The notes under the pieces: model-generated
Database searches by the model: none
Seen by the model: the letters and a program-made list of their open reading frames with translations, nothing else
What the model was told of the DNA's origin: nothing
Shown: one piece after another, positions 13,451-29,673 of the stretch
Position numbering within the stretch: the first letter of the stretch is position 1
Layout of the letters: every line of letters starts with the position of its first letter
Assembly (NCBI GenBank): GCA_964016885.1
Contig: OZ024740.1
Span: forward strand, 262,880,001-262,944,000
Origin: Eledone cirrhosa
Taxonomy: Eukaryota
DNA length: 64,000 bases
Direction of reading: 5' to 3'
Program-made: the position numbers and the translations under genes

Positions 13451-13775
13451 CAACAACAATAATAATAATAGTAATAACATATAATAAAAAAAGTAATTTT
13501 TGAAATGTTTCTGTTTTCATTTCCTTTTAAAATTTATATAAAAAAAATTTATATAAAAATTTATATAACAATTTATATAAAAAAAAATACAACCCCCTCC
13601 ACATTTTTTATCAGTTTTATTCATGAAGCTCAATAGAGCCGGCGATTGGATTTATCATTGAAGCAAAGAATTGTACAATACCAATGGCTATCTTTATAAT
13701 AATTCCTGACAACTCACTGAACGCCGCTTGTCAAACGATTTTTGTACTGTTGTATTAGTACATAATTATTCTTTT

Positions 13776-14030
13776 GTGAAGCGCATGGCTGAGTGTTTAG
13801 CATGTTTGACTCAGAATCGTAATGCTATGAGTTTGACTCTCGTTAATGTGTTCTCTCCATTTGTATTGTATTACAAATGTTCACTCAGCTGGAAACAAAA
13901 ATAAGTTGTATTTATTACCCAAAGGGCCAGCAATGTCAAATCTCTGTAACGTGGAAATTATGTTAACGTTATAGCATCATCCGTTGATATCGAAACAGAA
14001 CACTCCTCGTCGGAATCGACAGAGGGCCTT
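13776..14030 (+). mobile_element. Degenerate tRNA-derived SINE (second family)
   Basis: A-box-like TGGCTGAGTGTTTAG and B-box-like GAGTTTGACTC. A related fragment lies near 33060. Confidence 0.5.
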
Positions 14031-15559
14031 TTGTCACACAGTTTGATCGTCTCCTGTAGCAAAAACACGCTTACTAAAATGCCAAAAGTTTATTTCAAAG
14101 ACTAGAATTATTATTTATAACTAGAAAATGGTTTTGTTTAATGATCTGTTAATTCTATACAAGTAAGACCTGTAAAAGTACTTATAAAATATATGTTTCT
14201 GTACTGAATTAAGTATGCTAGATTATATTGAAAAGAAAGCAATTCCACAAAGATTCTATCACGAAAACGCTATAACAGCCAGTATTTTCCAGTAGTGTTT
14301 GTTGTAGTGGCTGTCGCTGTCCCTTCTTCGCGGAAATACCTTTGCAGCATTGTCCACTGGGTGCAGCTCAAACATTGCCACACACCAGGCATAGAGTCTA
14401 TCACCCTCTCCCCTTCTCTCACCCTTTCTTCCGTGGATCATATCCCTTTCTCATACTTTCCGAAACAATCAGATCTGCCCTTCCTTTAAACTTCCCCCAT
14501 CTGTTCAGTGCTTGGTTTCGTTCTTATCGTTTTTTAAAGTTTTTCTTTTATTTTTTTCATATTTTCATCAATATTTGCAATGCTATTTACACAACTGTGA
14601 ATTGATTTATTGTCTGTAATTCTATTGAATTATAAATTAATTAAACTGTCAAATCACAAAATACAAAAAATTAGTTAAACGTCTTCTGCTCTGTTAATCT
14701 ACCTATCATCTCATCAGCTTCAACACGAGGATCATCGCTGCTTCAACCGTCACACTACCCAACCGTCACCCACCCAACTGAAAATCAATTAAATACATTC
14801 TCTATTCAAACTTAACTATTTAAATTTTTCTAATTAGGACAATTATGTCTGCCCTCGAATCTTTGTAATCTTTTTTTATGCATACAAACTTTTCTCAACT
14901 GATCAAAGTAGGCTTGAGAACATAATGCTATGTTGATGTATCATAATATCGAAACATCCGTAGCTGTCAACTTACGTGAAAACAGACGTTAACGATATAC
15001 ATTCACTTTGTAAAACTAATTCTTAATTTCTTCCTATCTCACCATTTCCAATAGTTTCTAACAATTGCTCCTAGTGTTTTCTTTATTCACTGTCTAATAG
15101 GAACATTTCAAATAATAGAATTCTTTCTTTTGCACACTTCATACTAGGTGTCACCTTTTATCTTATCTATCTACATTCACATCATTGGTCCATTTGAGGT
15201 ATTATATTTTATTAGCACATTATATTTTACAGACACCGACCTGCAGTTGCTGAAGCTGAAAAAACGGCCACACCATTCTCATCAATTTTGAAATACATTT
15301 GCTGATGTCACACGCAATCTTGTTTCGCTTCTTATATATCTTTTATATATAAAAACATATAATATACACAATCAACTCGTTGAAAGAGCTTTACAAAACA
15401 ACCTATCGTTGATAAACAAATCAAGATTTCTAACTTCATTAATGTTTGAAATAGTTGAACAGAAGATGTTCAAAAGAATAGTCTCGTTTTATTATTCATT
15501 AACTTTTCACACAAATTGTGTATCACATGTACACCAGATACCTCACACTAGTTAATACA

Positions 15560-16600
15560 TTGTTTCCATAAACTGATCCTGGAAATATATTCGAATGGAG
15601 ACATAACAAACTTGTCACCTACAGTAAAAGAAAAGACAGAATTGCAAGCTACATATATTAAATATACATTTTATACATCACCCACCCGATGATTGGACAA
15701 CAGACAAAATATGATTGAAATATTACAAATACTAGGCCTCAAACTCCGTGGTGTGCTTACACAAAAAGTAAATTACCTCTTAATAGATAAGATGGTCATA
15801 GGTAAACATCCTTCAATTATAGCTGTCTTCTATAATGACTGATCATATATAAACAACAACAAATAAATCAAATTTGCTTAAACAGGATTCTGAAAACGAG
15901 GCATCATATTCAGATGTAGAAATTATCCTGAGCCTGCATTATTGATGATCATCTATAATAATGGGCCCCAATATTTTACTACCAAGTAGCCCCTACTTTA
16001 AACTAAATTCTCCCAGGAACACAACCAAAATTACTCCACTCATGGATTGTTACATGGTAAAAATAAAAATGGAAAGGAAGAAATGTTTAGAAAGAATGGA
16101 TATCGAATACCATGTACATAATATTAATTAAGAAAAGTAATTGAAATTTAGAAGTACTACGCCTTGTACTACATTTATACACCCCCATGTTGAGAACCAA
16201 AGGTGATTTGATAGGAATACTGCTCTCATATATGTGATACCGACAGATATTCTAGATCACATTGAAATGATGATCCAGTTGATTAGCTAAACACGCTGCT
16301 AAGTTCATAATAATTATTGAATCACTAACATACGTTCTATTACTTTCCCTAATACTGCTACTACATTGGGCTTCTCTCCATTGAACTAATCGCTTTCAAG
16401 CCATTTCTAATATAGCTCTAAGTTTTTTTATTAGAGACTCTGCCATTTTAACCGATCGTTTCTCTCTCAAACTGGAACGTTCTAGAATCCTCTCACCACA
16501 CGCATTTCCCATACAAATGTCATATGACGTGCTGCATTACATAAGTTGAAAGTTACGATAATGAGCAGGAGTAGACCTACAATAATATTTCGATTAACGT
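15560..16600 (+). mobile_element. Possible highly decayed Penelope-like RT/GIY-YIG remnant
   Basis: Only faint motifs in the expected order (D-I-T-N-L; G...S-I-I-A; K-F-S-Q-E...L-P-L-M-D) with many disruptions. Confidence 0.3.
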
Positions 16601-19599
16601 GTAATAGAGTGGCTAAACATGTATCATGTCAGTCAAATTGCTTTGCGGTTGGTACTTACGTCGTTTTGAAATCTGAAATCAAATCTTTTCTGAGTTGACA
16701 AAACACCTTTGCTTTTAGGATGAATAAGATAGCTATCAGTAAAGGACTGAACATTTCCATGAAATAATCCCTAACCGGTGTGGCATTTAGGCATTCCTAG
16801 AAATCAATATGTCCCATTTGACAGGGTCCTGAATTGGTAGAAACCAATTAGGTACCCGTACTAAATACATTCCTATATTTAGATATTTCACTTGCCGTTT
16901 TGATTTCATGCCCCACAGAGGTTGAACTTGCATTTCTTCTCACCCGGGGTTATAAATAAATATCAGTAATGTGATGGTGAAATTTTAATAGAATATAACA
17001 TGATCCTGCACAGTTTTGTGCTGCAAACAAAGAAGGAAATAATATTTGCTAATCTCGTGATAGTTGATATAAATGGTAATGTTGAAATTGATTTGATTTT
17101 TCCGTGATTAGTTCATTCTAAATTCTGGATTAAAACCATTTCATTTCCATCTAGGCATGGGTAAATACAATGGTTACGAGGATATATCCTGGATCCGATT
17201 CAGTTGAATTAATGACTAACTTTTGAAATGTTAGTGATTGTGCCAATCTAAGGAACTAAGATTCCGAAGGCTTCAGTCAAACGAGTTCGTAGGATAGAAA
17301 GCAAAATATATATATATATATAGGGAGATTAGATATAAGGCTCTGTGTGTGTGTGTATAGTGTCGTTTTTGAGTATGTAACGTGGGGTTGTGATTGTGTT
17401 CAATGCATTGTTAAAAACTAGCAATTATATTGTCCAAATTCTCAGACAAAACGCGAGGATGGAGTGAGAAAGGTCAAATTGATTCCTTTATCCTGTTTAA
17501 AGATAAGGTTTCCTTTAGAGAATAAGACTGTGACAAATGTCGAAATTAATATAAGCAGTTTTAAAAGAGGAATGCAAAAGATGAATATCTTCAAGACAAC
17601 AAATAATATTTCCTTACTTTTTATTTTTACAGTTTAATGCTACCTGAGTGGGTATCAGCTGAGTAATCAATATATAAGTGATACCTTTTACTTTGTTATC
17701 TATACATTAAAGCCATCATATCTTTGCCGTGTATCATCACTATGGAGACAATCAGGAAGGTGTTAAGACCTGGTACAATATTCATCATGTGTGGCTTAGT
17801 AACTTTCTCAGTGTGGTCAAAAGAAAGAAATGTAAAAAATTGTGTTTTTCAGCTTATATAACATTAAGTTGAAATTGTTTTATTTGAAAAAATGGAGCAC
17901 ATAAATGGTAGCCGATTGTGCACATTGTAGAAGTAGCCCAGGGTGCTGAAACGTAGGCTGTGGGTTTCTATCAACGTTGATATCTACCTATCTTCTTTCT
18001 TTCTTTCTTTCTTTCTTTTCTTCTTTCTTTATTTCTTTCTTTCTTTCTATGTATCTGTATATTTATATGTATGTCTTGAATACACGCAATAAACGGTTTC
18101 CTTTTGGAATTTCTACACCAACTGTACAGACTGTCATGCTGAACTTTAGAAAAATCTTTCACATTTTTACATCCTCTCTTAAAAATTGAAATTTTATAAT
18201 ATGCCATATTTGTATTTGTCGGGAAACAGAACTTTATTAAATAAGTCGTAACCTAAATAATTTCACCCAAGATTACACGTAGGCATATAAAATCTGAATG
18301 TGGGTTGATAAGTTATAAGATTCAGATTATATATAATCTCTTTTCAAAACATTCTGAATGGTATTTTAACATCGGACCAGAGAGTGTATGCTATTTGCCT
18401 TCAGTTCCAAGGTCACTGTGACATAAATGATAAAAGTTCAGTCGTGAACATTTCATTTTCCAGACATATTGTTCATAAGAATTCATTACATTATCCAATG
18501 CAAACGAAACAGCTCTAGTGATCACGGAAATGTTCTCTCGTTAACATTATTGGTTTACATTCAATGGGGTTATCTCACATGGCTGTTGTTATTTGTATTT
18601 TAAGATACTCCTTGGAATTCTTGTCTACTTATTATATGGATGTAAGTATCTGTACGTATGTAAGTAAGAAATCGATGGTCGGATAATGTTTAGTCAAATC
18701 CTACTATATATACGTGCATACTTACTTACTCATACATAAATGTCCCTGCGAATGTATGTAGCTATGCATCCGTAACTCCTGACGGAGTCATAGCGTTTCT
18801 AGGGCAATTTAAAACCTGGCGGAGCCTTTCTCCTCTCCAAGACAGCAGATTTCTCCCATTGAAGGATAGAGAGAGTGAGAGAAAGGGAGCGAGAAAGAGA
18901 TATAGAGAATGAATCGAAGTCAGTATTAGACTGCTACATTTTTTATCGAACTTAAATGGAGGAAAGACGTAGTTGGCCCCGACGGAATATTTACTGCTGT
19001 TCTTATTCAGATTAGTAAACAGTAAATATGAAGACATGTGTTTTTCTCATAATTATTTCAAAATATCTATATTTTATAAAAAGAATATCAAAATTGTAAT
19101 GATAATAGAATTTAGGAATGAAAATCTGCCAATCTTGAAGCACCTTAGGGTAAACAATATTCATTGTGTAATTTTTTGTTGGTGTCCAAATGAATAAATT
19201 GTGCCGCTTCCAACTCGTGAGCAACCACCATAGAGTTTACCGTGGGAGAAACATGTAGTAGAGAGATCAAATCCAACTACCTTGAGGGATTGACCATGAA
19301 ATTTGTTAATTTGAAATAATAAAACTTAGTTTCACTGGAAACTGAAGCCTTTTAAATTCAAATGGAACAGCTGTAGGTATGAGAGGAATTTTTAGACTAA
19401 AGACATTATTTTTCAGTATTGTAAACAAAGAAGTCTCAACATCCAAAAGAAATATATATCAATTTCTATTTTTGTTTGCAGTGTAAACTAACAAAATATA
19501 AGCAAATGTATTAACTGCTAAATTAATGTATGAGAATATAGATATAAACGAACAGACACACAAACACGCACACAAATTTATAAAAAATACACAGTCATA

Positions 19600-20675
19600 C
19601 ATATTTACGTGAAGATGTGTGTATGTAACTTACTAAGGCCTAACATACCTAACGAACGCGCAAACACACATATAAACATATACACTCATATACAAAATGT
19701 GACGTCATCGTCGTCGTGTTATAAGATGTCCGTTTACTTATAGTTGACTATAATAGATTATTTTAGATAAAATGTCATATTGTTTTAATCCAAATGATTT
19801 GATTTGACGTGGTCGAGCCGTTTGAGTACACTCCCACAAACATACACTTATAACAAACACACACAGACAAACATTCATACAAACACACATAGATTTTCAC
19901 CCTCGAGCAAACACACTTACACTCATACAAACTTTTAAAAATCACACACTGATATACATTCATACAGCGTTTTGTTATGTTAGTCATTACAGAAATGTAT
20001 ATATACTCACACACGCATACACTCTCACATAAACACACATAGGCATACATTCATACAAACACACACATAGAGTTTAACCATCGAACAAACACATACACTC
20101 ATACAAACTTTTAAAAATCACACACTGATATACATTCATACAGCGTTTTCTTATGTTAGTCGTCACATAAGTGTATGCATACTCACACACACATATACTC
20201 TCACATAAGCACACACCGACATACATTCATAGAACGACACACATGGAGTTTCATCCACAAACAGACATACACGCACTCACCCAAACATGCACTTATAAAA
20301 CACATACATACATACATTTATACAGCGTTTTCTTATGTCAGTCGTCACAGAAATGTATGCACACACACACACATACTCTCTCACATACACTCCCACACAC
20401 ATGTACTTGTCAGTCCGCACATATGTATATGTATGTGTAGATTTGTATGTGGGTTTAATTCTTTGTGTATCTGATTAATTAATTACGTGCAGATGTGTGT
20501 TTATGTAACTTACTAAGGCCTAACATATGTAACGAACGCACAAACACACTCACAGCCACATAAACACTCATATAGAAAATGTAACGTCGTCGTCATGTTA
20601 TAAAATGTCCGTTTATTTATAGTTGAGTATAGTAGTGTATTTTAGTTAAAATGTTATATTGTTTTAATCCAAATG
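19600..20675. repeat. About 200-bp direct repeats flanking three ~177-bp CA-rich tandem units
   Basis: 19605-19797 resembles 20485-20675. The unit ACATTCATACAAACACAC...CAGCGTTTT recurs at about 19871, 20047 and 20223. Confidence 0.75.
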
Positions 20676-21949
20676 AAAATAAAAATTACATGCTGTTAAT
20701 CATAATTGATTTGCTCCAGACGTTTGACAATGCACAAAGAAAATACAGACAGAAAAAGTGAATTTTATATATAGAGAGAATAGAGTGAATAATAGTTCAC
20801 TTTCCAATCATTTGTTCTGAGGTTGGATCTTATTTTGTAACATTTTGGACAAATATTCACAGCAGGGTCGTGTTGGCCAAAACCTTTCTAGGAAATTGGA
20901 TGATATACTAGTGGTAATTATTCTGTCGCCATTATAATTCCATTCCTTTTTAATTATTAGGTCTGGAAAAGGTGTCTATGCACATGATCACTATAGCACC
21001 ACATACCTCCCAACACAGAAGAATTTGATGCTGTAGCATTTTTTGCTTTATAGTTTTGTAAGTTGTCTCTTGCAAGAAAGCAAATTGTAGGATGAGAATT
21101 TGAATGGGACACATCTTAAGAAGAAAGGGTTGGGCATTGTCGCCAATGTGGGGACTTTACTTCGGTCACAATGTGTGGTGGGGTGAGAGAAGAAATGTGA
21201 AATTCGATCTCTCCAAAATTTTAAAGACGAACCAAATCAAAAGCTGTATATAAGTTTGCAATAAACATCACCATATTCATACGAGTAACACTCATTTTTC
21301 CTGCAATCATCAATCTTTATAATTCTCGTATTAATAACAGCGGTACAAGTTGTCGATGGACAAGTTTAAATACCATATTATCAATTTAGCGTTGATCAGG
21401 AACAAGAGAAGAGGAAAGCAAATCCAAACGTGGGAGAATTGAACTAAGAATGCAAGAAAATGTATGATCTTTTGTCAGGTTCGACGACGAGTGCTTTGTT
21501 TTTATTTTCAACCGAATATTCCTCTACTATTGTAAATGATACTTGCTGAAGATACCACACGGTGGGATCGAATCCCGTGTCTCATGATTGTCAAGTGAAC
21601 TACTAAATAATTAGGCGACGCTAATTAGTTAAATACCACATATCGTTTAATGGAGGAGTCTGTTTCTCTGATTGTTACCTAAGAAATTGTTATTAATATG
21701 CCGTTTACTGTGAATATCAACGAAACATCAATACTGCTGAGCACACGAAAGAAAATACTAAGTGTTCGGTGCTAAGCAGATACAATATAGCTGAAGATCA
21801 AACATATATAATGTTTGTGTTGAAATCGTTTTATCCTTAACTTGCTAATAGATTAAACTTAGTTTTGATGTTGTACTCAATTTTCAAAAATGCTGAATCA
21901 TTAAATAGCGCCTAAGACTTCCTTGTACGTTGAACACACACAAACACAT

Positions 21950-22790
<841 letters not shown>

Positions 22791-23690
22791 GAGATATACA
22801 TGATGTGAATTAGCGGGTGATGGATTACGCCTGGCACTTATGTAAGCCACAAACGATTCGGAAGTACAAGTCTTACACGATGTTAATAATACAATATGTT
22901 TCATGCATTTATTTTAACTTTGGTATTTGCAACACAGGAATACTACACTCATTTTTCGTGCACATCGTACCATATAAAAAGTGAGCGAAGGCCAGAAACT
23001 GATTGATATTAAATGACTTTAATCGGAAGTTATGGAAAGAGGGAGAGATTTCTATGACATAACAAAAAAAAACCCCGCTCTTTCATTTCCAAATTACAAC
23101 ACACTTTTATTCATATTTAAAATATTCAAATATATTTACAAACACGCTTCATTCGGCATTTTACCTCTCGTGCCTCTTTTCTCGAGTTAGATGCCCAACT
23201 TTCGAATTGGGAGGAGGTATTGTCCCTGTAATTCAACGGTCCAATTTTGTCACATATTAAGTGACGCTGATTCTGACTGTGAATTACGTTTTGTGGTTTA
23301 TTTACTTAAACACGTACACATTAATTCATGGGTTTGTAGTTCTGCCGATCAAAACTGACCTAGGATCTATCATATTCTTGAAACACTGCAAGACAAAAAG
23401 AAAAAACAAAGGGCTTACAGTAAAGCTTGTCTGCTTGCCCAATTCTTTATTTGATGTCATTCAGTGTAAATTAAGAATAAAATGATATATCTGAATATAA
23501 TTTAATCGTACCACCTTTTTATATTTTTTATTAACGTCCTTTCTCCCCAACCTCTCTACCTCCCAAACATACACTATCATTTAATTCCCTCTCCGTCTAC
23601 TTGCTGTCTGTTTATGGAAAACCCTCTTAAACTAGCAAAAGCTCACGTTCCCTATACTGTGTTCATTGGCCTCTCTCTCTTGCTCCACAT

Positions 23691-23772
<82 letters not shown>

Positions 23773-23885
23773 ACGTGGTTGAAGAGTGAAAGAAAAGAGT
23801 ACTCAATACCGAATTACGGATTAAAAATTAATTTGACTAAAGCTAAATAGTGAGTCTTATTATTGTGAAGTTTATATATATATAT

Positions 23886-24116
23886 ATATTTATTAAAATA
23901 ACAGATTAAAGTTTAAGCAAAGAATCGCTGCTTTCACCCTTAACGGGATCTTCTGCGTTTCAGAAGATCCCGTTAAGGGTGAAAGCAGCGATTCCTTGCT
24001 TAAACTTTAATCTGTTATTTTCATAAATATTTGCTCTACGGTTCTTATATATTTCATAAATATTTATCCTTTTCGTGCTCTCTTTGGATTTTAGTCTTCA
24101 AATTTATTATTGTTAC

Positions 24117-24120
<4 letters not shown>
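23886..24120. mobile_element. Fold-back PLE pseudo-LTR (family A) with ~70-bp arms and a hammerhead-like variant core
   Basis: Near-perfect palindrome 23886-24030 centred at about 23957, containing CAGAAGA-TCCC-GTTAA-GGGT-GAAA. Related copies at 31020, 43760-43940, 44755 and 48561. Confidence 0.7.
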
Positions 24121-24181
<61 letters not shown>

Positions 24182-24352
24182 TTAGGTTTGTTTATCATTC
24201 CGTATGGTCAATCCTGGTGTAATATTGTGAAGAGTACTCAACACAGTGCAGTTCACCTATCTTCGTTTGTGTAGTTGGTGGTGCGAATACGGAGTTAATT
24301 TTAAATGAAATAACAGGAGGCTGGACTGGTGTAAATCCTTGAAAGGTTTATT

Positions 24353-24410
24353 ATACTATGATAATTTCAATGACCGTGTTCCATATGAATCCGGTGATAT
24401 CATCAGGTTT
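24353..24410 (-). ncRNA. Type I hammerhead ribozyme motif (family B, inverted copy)
   Basis: Minus strand: AC-CTGATGA-[stem II ACCG...CGGT]-GAAA-TTATCA-TA-GT. Confidence 0.65.
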
Positions 24411-25819
24411 TGGAATATAACAAAGGAATATGTAAAAAGCCATGGGTCCGAAAAATCAGAGACAGAGCGGACGGCTGACCAACTAGCTACTCAGCCAACC
24501 GCCCTCAAAGTGTTGGCAACTGAAAACTACCAATGAATATCTGGTGAGGGGGCGAAGGCTTATAATGCGCTACCACCACTCCGTCAAAGAAGAAGGGGAA
24601 GAAAGAAAGAAAGAAAGAAAGGGAGAAAAAAGTGTAGTGTAAGGGTCAAACTACATTCAGGTTAGAAAATGCCGTGAAAAAAATGCTACCCAAAGAATCT
24701 ATAATGAGTGTCTGTAAGGTCTAATGTGTGAACCGAAGATTGGAACGTTAAACTTATGTTGCGAGTTATAGGATGAAATTAAATTAAATTAAAAATATTT
24801 AATTGCAAAATGGTAAATTGAACAAAGAGGTAGCGAGATTTATTTATTTAATGAACTTACGGAGAGAGTCTTATATGAAAACCTTTTTTTACTCGATAAG
24901 ATATTAGGATGGGATATAGATTAAATAATTCGATTGGGAGACCCCGCCAGCACACCCACCACCATGAGTCAGCCAGTATCGAGTGGTATCGTCCAGCGAA
25001 AGAAATGGAAATTAATTTTTCCGAGTACTCTAGGAACGTAGCTAACTTTGGCCCCGGTACCTCTTGCGGGAACTCCACAATTTCGACAGGCCATCGTATA
25101 TACCACGAATACTATTACATCACACATTAGGGGTCTATTTATGTGTCAGTAGAGGCATGACACAGCTAATAGTCATGCCCAAACCTGGAGTTTGTAGGTA
25201 CAAGTACAATGTGGCGGCGCGGCCAAAAACAGGCGGCGCGGTTGGACCGGGGCAAAGCAACCCGCTCCGAGTAATTTCATTTACCGAAAGAGGAGAAATT
25301 TATTTTTCCGAGCACTCAAGAAGGCTGAACTTTCCGAGTGCCCAGCGCGCAGCCGGGAAAAGTCACCACACAAGTCGAAGGTAACAACCCAATGTAAAGT
25401 GCAAATATACCAAAATTATTTTAAAGTCCCAGTTAGTCCGGGTTATATGTAGTGTGGATCTTAGGTGGGTAGGGGCTATGAAAGGTGCATAATGACTTGA
25501 GTAAGGAAAAGTACAAAAAAATACGAAAATTTATGAAAAAATGAAAAAATAATGAAAGCAGCATACAAAGATAAAATACCCTAAAAAGATAGAATACATT
25601 GATACAAATACATTGATACAAATACATTAATAACATAATTAAAAAAAATAATAATATATACATTAATGAGATAGTAAAAAAATTAATAAAGGTAAATAAG
25701 AATCAATATAGATCAAATGTAGCAAGATAATACAAGTTGTACATATAGATATAGATATAGAGGATGGAGGAGATGGAATGGTAACAGGTTGTACCTAGTA
25801 TATCAATACCTATATTCCA

Positions 25820-25877
25820 ATACATGATGATATCACTGGATTCATATGGAACCCGGTCATTGAAATGATCATAGTAT
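25820..25877 (+). ncRNA. Hammerhead motif (family B), C3->A mutant
   Basis: ATAC-ATGATGA...GAAA-TGATCA-TA-GTAT. Confidence 0.55.
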
Positions 25878-27478
25878 GATAAACCTTTCAAGGATTTACA
25901 CCCGTCCAGCCTTCTGTTATTTCATTTATAATTAACTCCGTATTCGCACCACCAACTACACAAACGAAGATGGGTGAACTGCACTGCGTTCAGTACTCTT
26001 CACAATATTACACCAGGATTGACCATACTATCCAGTGGTGAACCAACAAACCTAAAGAAATAATGCTCCTATAATGTTGAGCACTTCAAAATGTAATATT
26101 GAACAGCGCTACTGACTTCAGTGTACAGCTATTACCAGCATGGGATTAATTGATCTACTTACCATTCGGATTTTGGCTGCTCTGCGCCTTATCTACCGCC
26201 ACCTGATACAACTTCCTTGTCGGGATGATTCCGATTCCGACAAAACTCTACGTTATATACTAAAACATGTATTGTATTGACTGAATTCTCGACTCTATAC
26301 CTCAGGACTTTTTGTGACTCGCATTGAACTTTACACTAGGTACAACCTGCTACCATTCCATCTCCTCCATCCTCTATATCTATAGGTACAACTTGTATTA
26401 TCTTACTACATCTTGATCTATATTGTTCTTATTTACCTTTATTAATTTTTTTACTATTTCATTAATGTATATTATATTATTTTTTTTATTATTTTATTAA
26501 TGTATTTTTATCAATGTATTCTATCTTTTTATTGGTATTTTATCTTTGTATGCTGCTTTCATTATTTTTTCATTTTTTCGTATATTTTTGTAACTTTCCT
26601 TACTCAGGTCATTATGCACCTTTCATAGCCCCCTACCCACCTAAGAACCACACTACATATAACCCGGACTATCTAGGACTTTAAAATAATTTTGGTCTAT
26701 TTGCACTTTTCATTGGGTTGTTACCTTCGACTTGTGTGGTGGCTTTTCCCGGCTGCGCGCTGGGCACTCGGAAAGTTCAGCCTTCCTTGAGTGCTCGGAA
26801 AAATAAATTTCTCCTCTTTCGGTAGATGAAATTACTCGGAGCGGGTTGCTTTGCCCCGGTCCAACCGCGCCGCCTGTTTTGGCCGCCACATTGTACTTGT
26901 ACCTACAAACTCCAGGTTTGGGCATGACTATTAGCTGTGTCATGCCTCTACTGACACGTAAATAGACCCCTAATGTGTGATGTAATAGTATTCGTGGTAT
27001 ATACGATGGCCTGTCGAAATTGTGGAGTTCCCGCAAGAGGTACCGGGGCCAAAGTTAGCTACGTTCCTAGAGTACTCGGAAAAATTAATTTCCATTTCTT
27101 TCGCTGGACGATACCACTCGAAACTGGCTGACTCATGGTGGTGGGTGTGATGGCGGGGTCTCCCAATCGAACTCTTTACTATATATCCCATCCTAATATC
27201 TTATCGAGTAAAAAAATGTTTTCATATAAGACTCTCTCCGTAAGTTCATTAAATAAATAAATCTCGCTACCTCTTTGTTCAATTTACCATTTTGCAATTA
27301 AATATTTTTAATTTAATTTAATTTCATCCTATAACTCGCAACATAAGTTTAACGTTCCAATCTTCGGTTCACACATTAGACCATACAGACACTCATTATA
27401 GATTCTTTGGGTAGCATTTTTTTCGCGGCATTTTCTAACCTGAATGTAGTTTGACCCTTACACTACACTTCTTTCTCC

Positions 27479-27511
<33 letters not shown>

Positions 27512-27698
27512 TCTTCTTCTTTGACGGAGTGGTGGTAGCGTATTATAAGCCTTCGCCCCCTCACCAGATATTCATTGGTAGTTTTCAGTTGTAAACACTT
27601 TGAGGGCGGCTGGCTGAGAAGCTAGTTGGTCAGCCATCCTCTCTGTCTCTGATTTTTTCGGACCCATGGCTTTTTACATATTCCTTTGTTATATTCCA

Positions 27699-27756
27699 AT
27701 ACCTGATGATATCACCGGATTCATATGGAACACGGTCATTGAAATGATCATAGTAT
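27699..27756 (+). ncRNA. Type I hammerhead ribozyme (family B), intact core
   Basis: ATAC-CTGATGA-TATCACCGGATTCATATGGAACACGGTCATT-GAAA-TGATCA-TA-GTAT. Stem I is ATAC/GTAT and stem III is the palindrome ATGATCAT. Confidence 0.75.
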
Positions 27757-27802
27757 AATAAACCTTTCAAGGATTTACACCAGTCCAGCCTACTGTTATT
27801 TC

Positions 27803-27885
<83 letters not shown>

Positions 27886-27899
27886 TATGTATATATATC

Positions 27900-27945
<46 letters not shown>

Positions 27946-27950
27946 TATAG

Positions 27951-27983
<33 letters not shown>

Positions 27984-28014
27984 CTACATATATATATATA
28001 TATACATATAAATA

Positions 28015-29170
<1,156 letters not shown>

Positions 29171-29437
29171 CTAAATTCCTTCCCTAACTTCTCACACTAA
29201 TCTTACGTGTATCTGTTATCTCCTTATTTCTTATGCGAAATTGTCTGGTAAAGGAATTCTGTCCGAAACGTTGAAACCCCCTCCTCTTCCACCAAGCGTG
29301 AACCTAATATAAGTACATTTCTGTCCTGAGTAAATTTCTCTCCTGTGTTTTGTTTGCTTTGCTTCATTTATTATATATATATATATATATATATATAATA
29401 ATAATAAATTATATATATATATATATATATAATAATA

Positions 29438-29543
<106 letters not shown>

Positions 29544-29673
29544 CTCTATGCCGTGAAGCATAGAGTCCGGCGCTCTACTGATATCATAATATAAAAAAAG
29601 GGATGAATGAAGGGTTGCGTCCTAAATATATTTTTCATCCCGTTTGTTAAGTAGGTTGGATTACTTTGAATAA

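Larger units (their letters stand above)
24178..27806. mobile_element. 3.6-kb ORF-less fold-back element: an inverted copy followed by ~1.06 tandem copies of a ~1.88-kb hammerhead-bearing unit
   Basis: 24305-25800 is the reverse complement of 26333-27806, and 24178-24420 is the reverse complement of 25811-26057. 25811-25927 is a direct repeat of 27690-27806. (AT)n flanks both sides. Confidence 0.85.

Noticed and set aside
24909-27191. Duplicated 73-aa and 106/108-aa ORFs
   Set aside because: They are copies within the fold-back element, frameshifted relative to each other, with no motifs.
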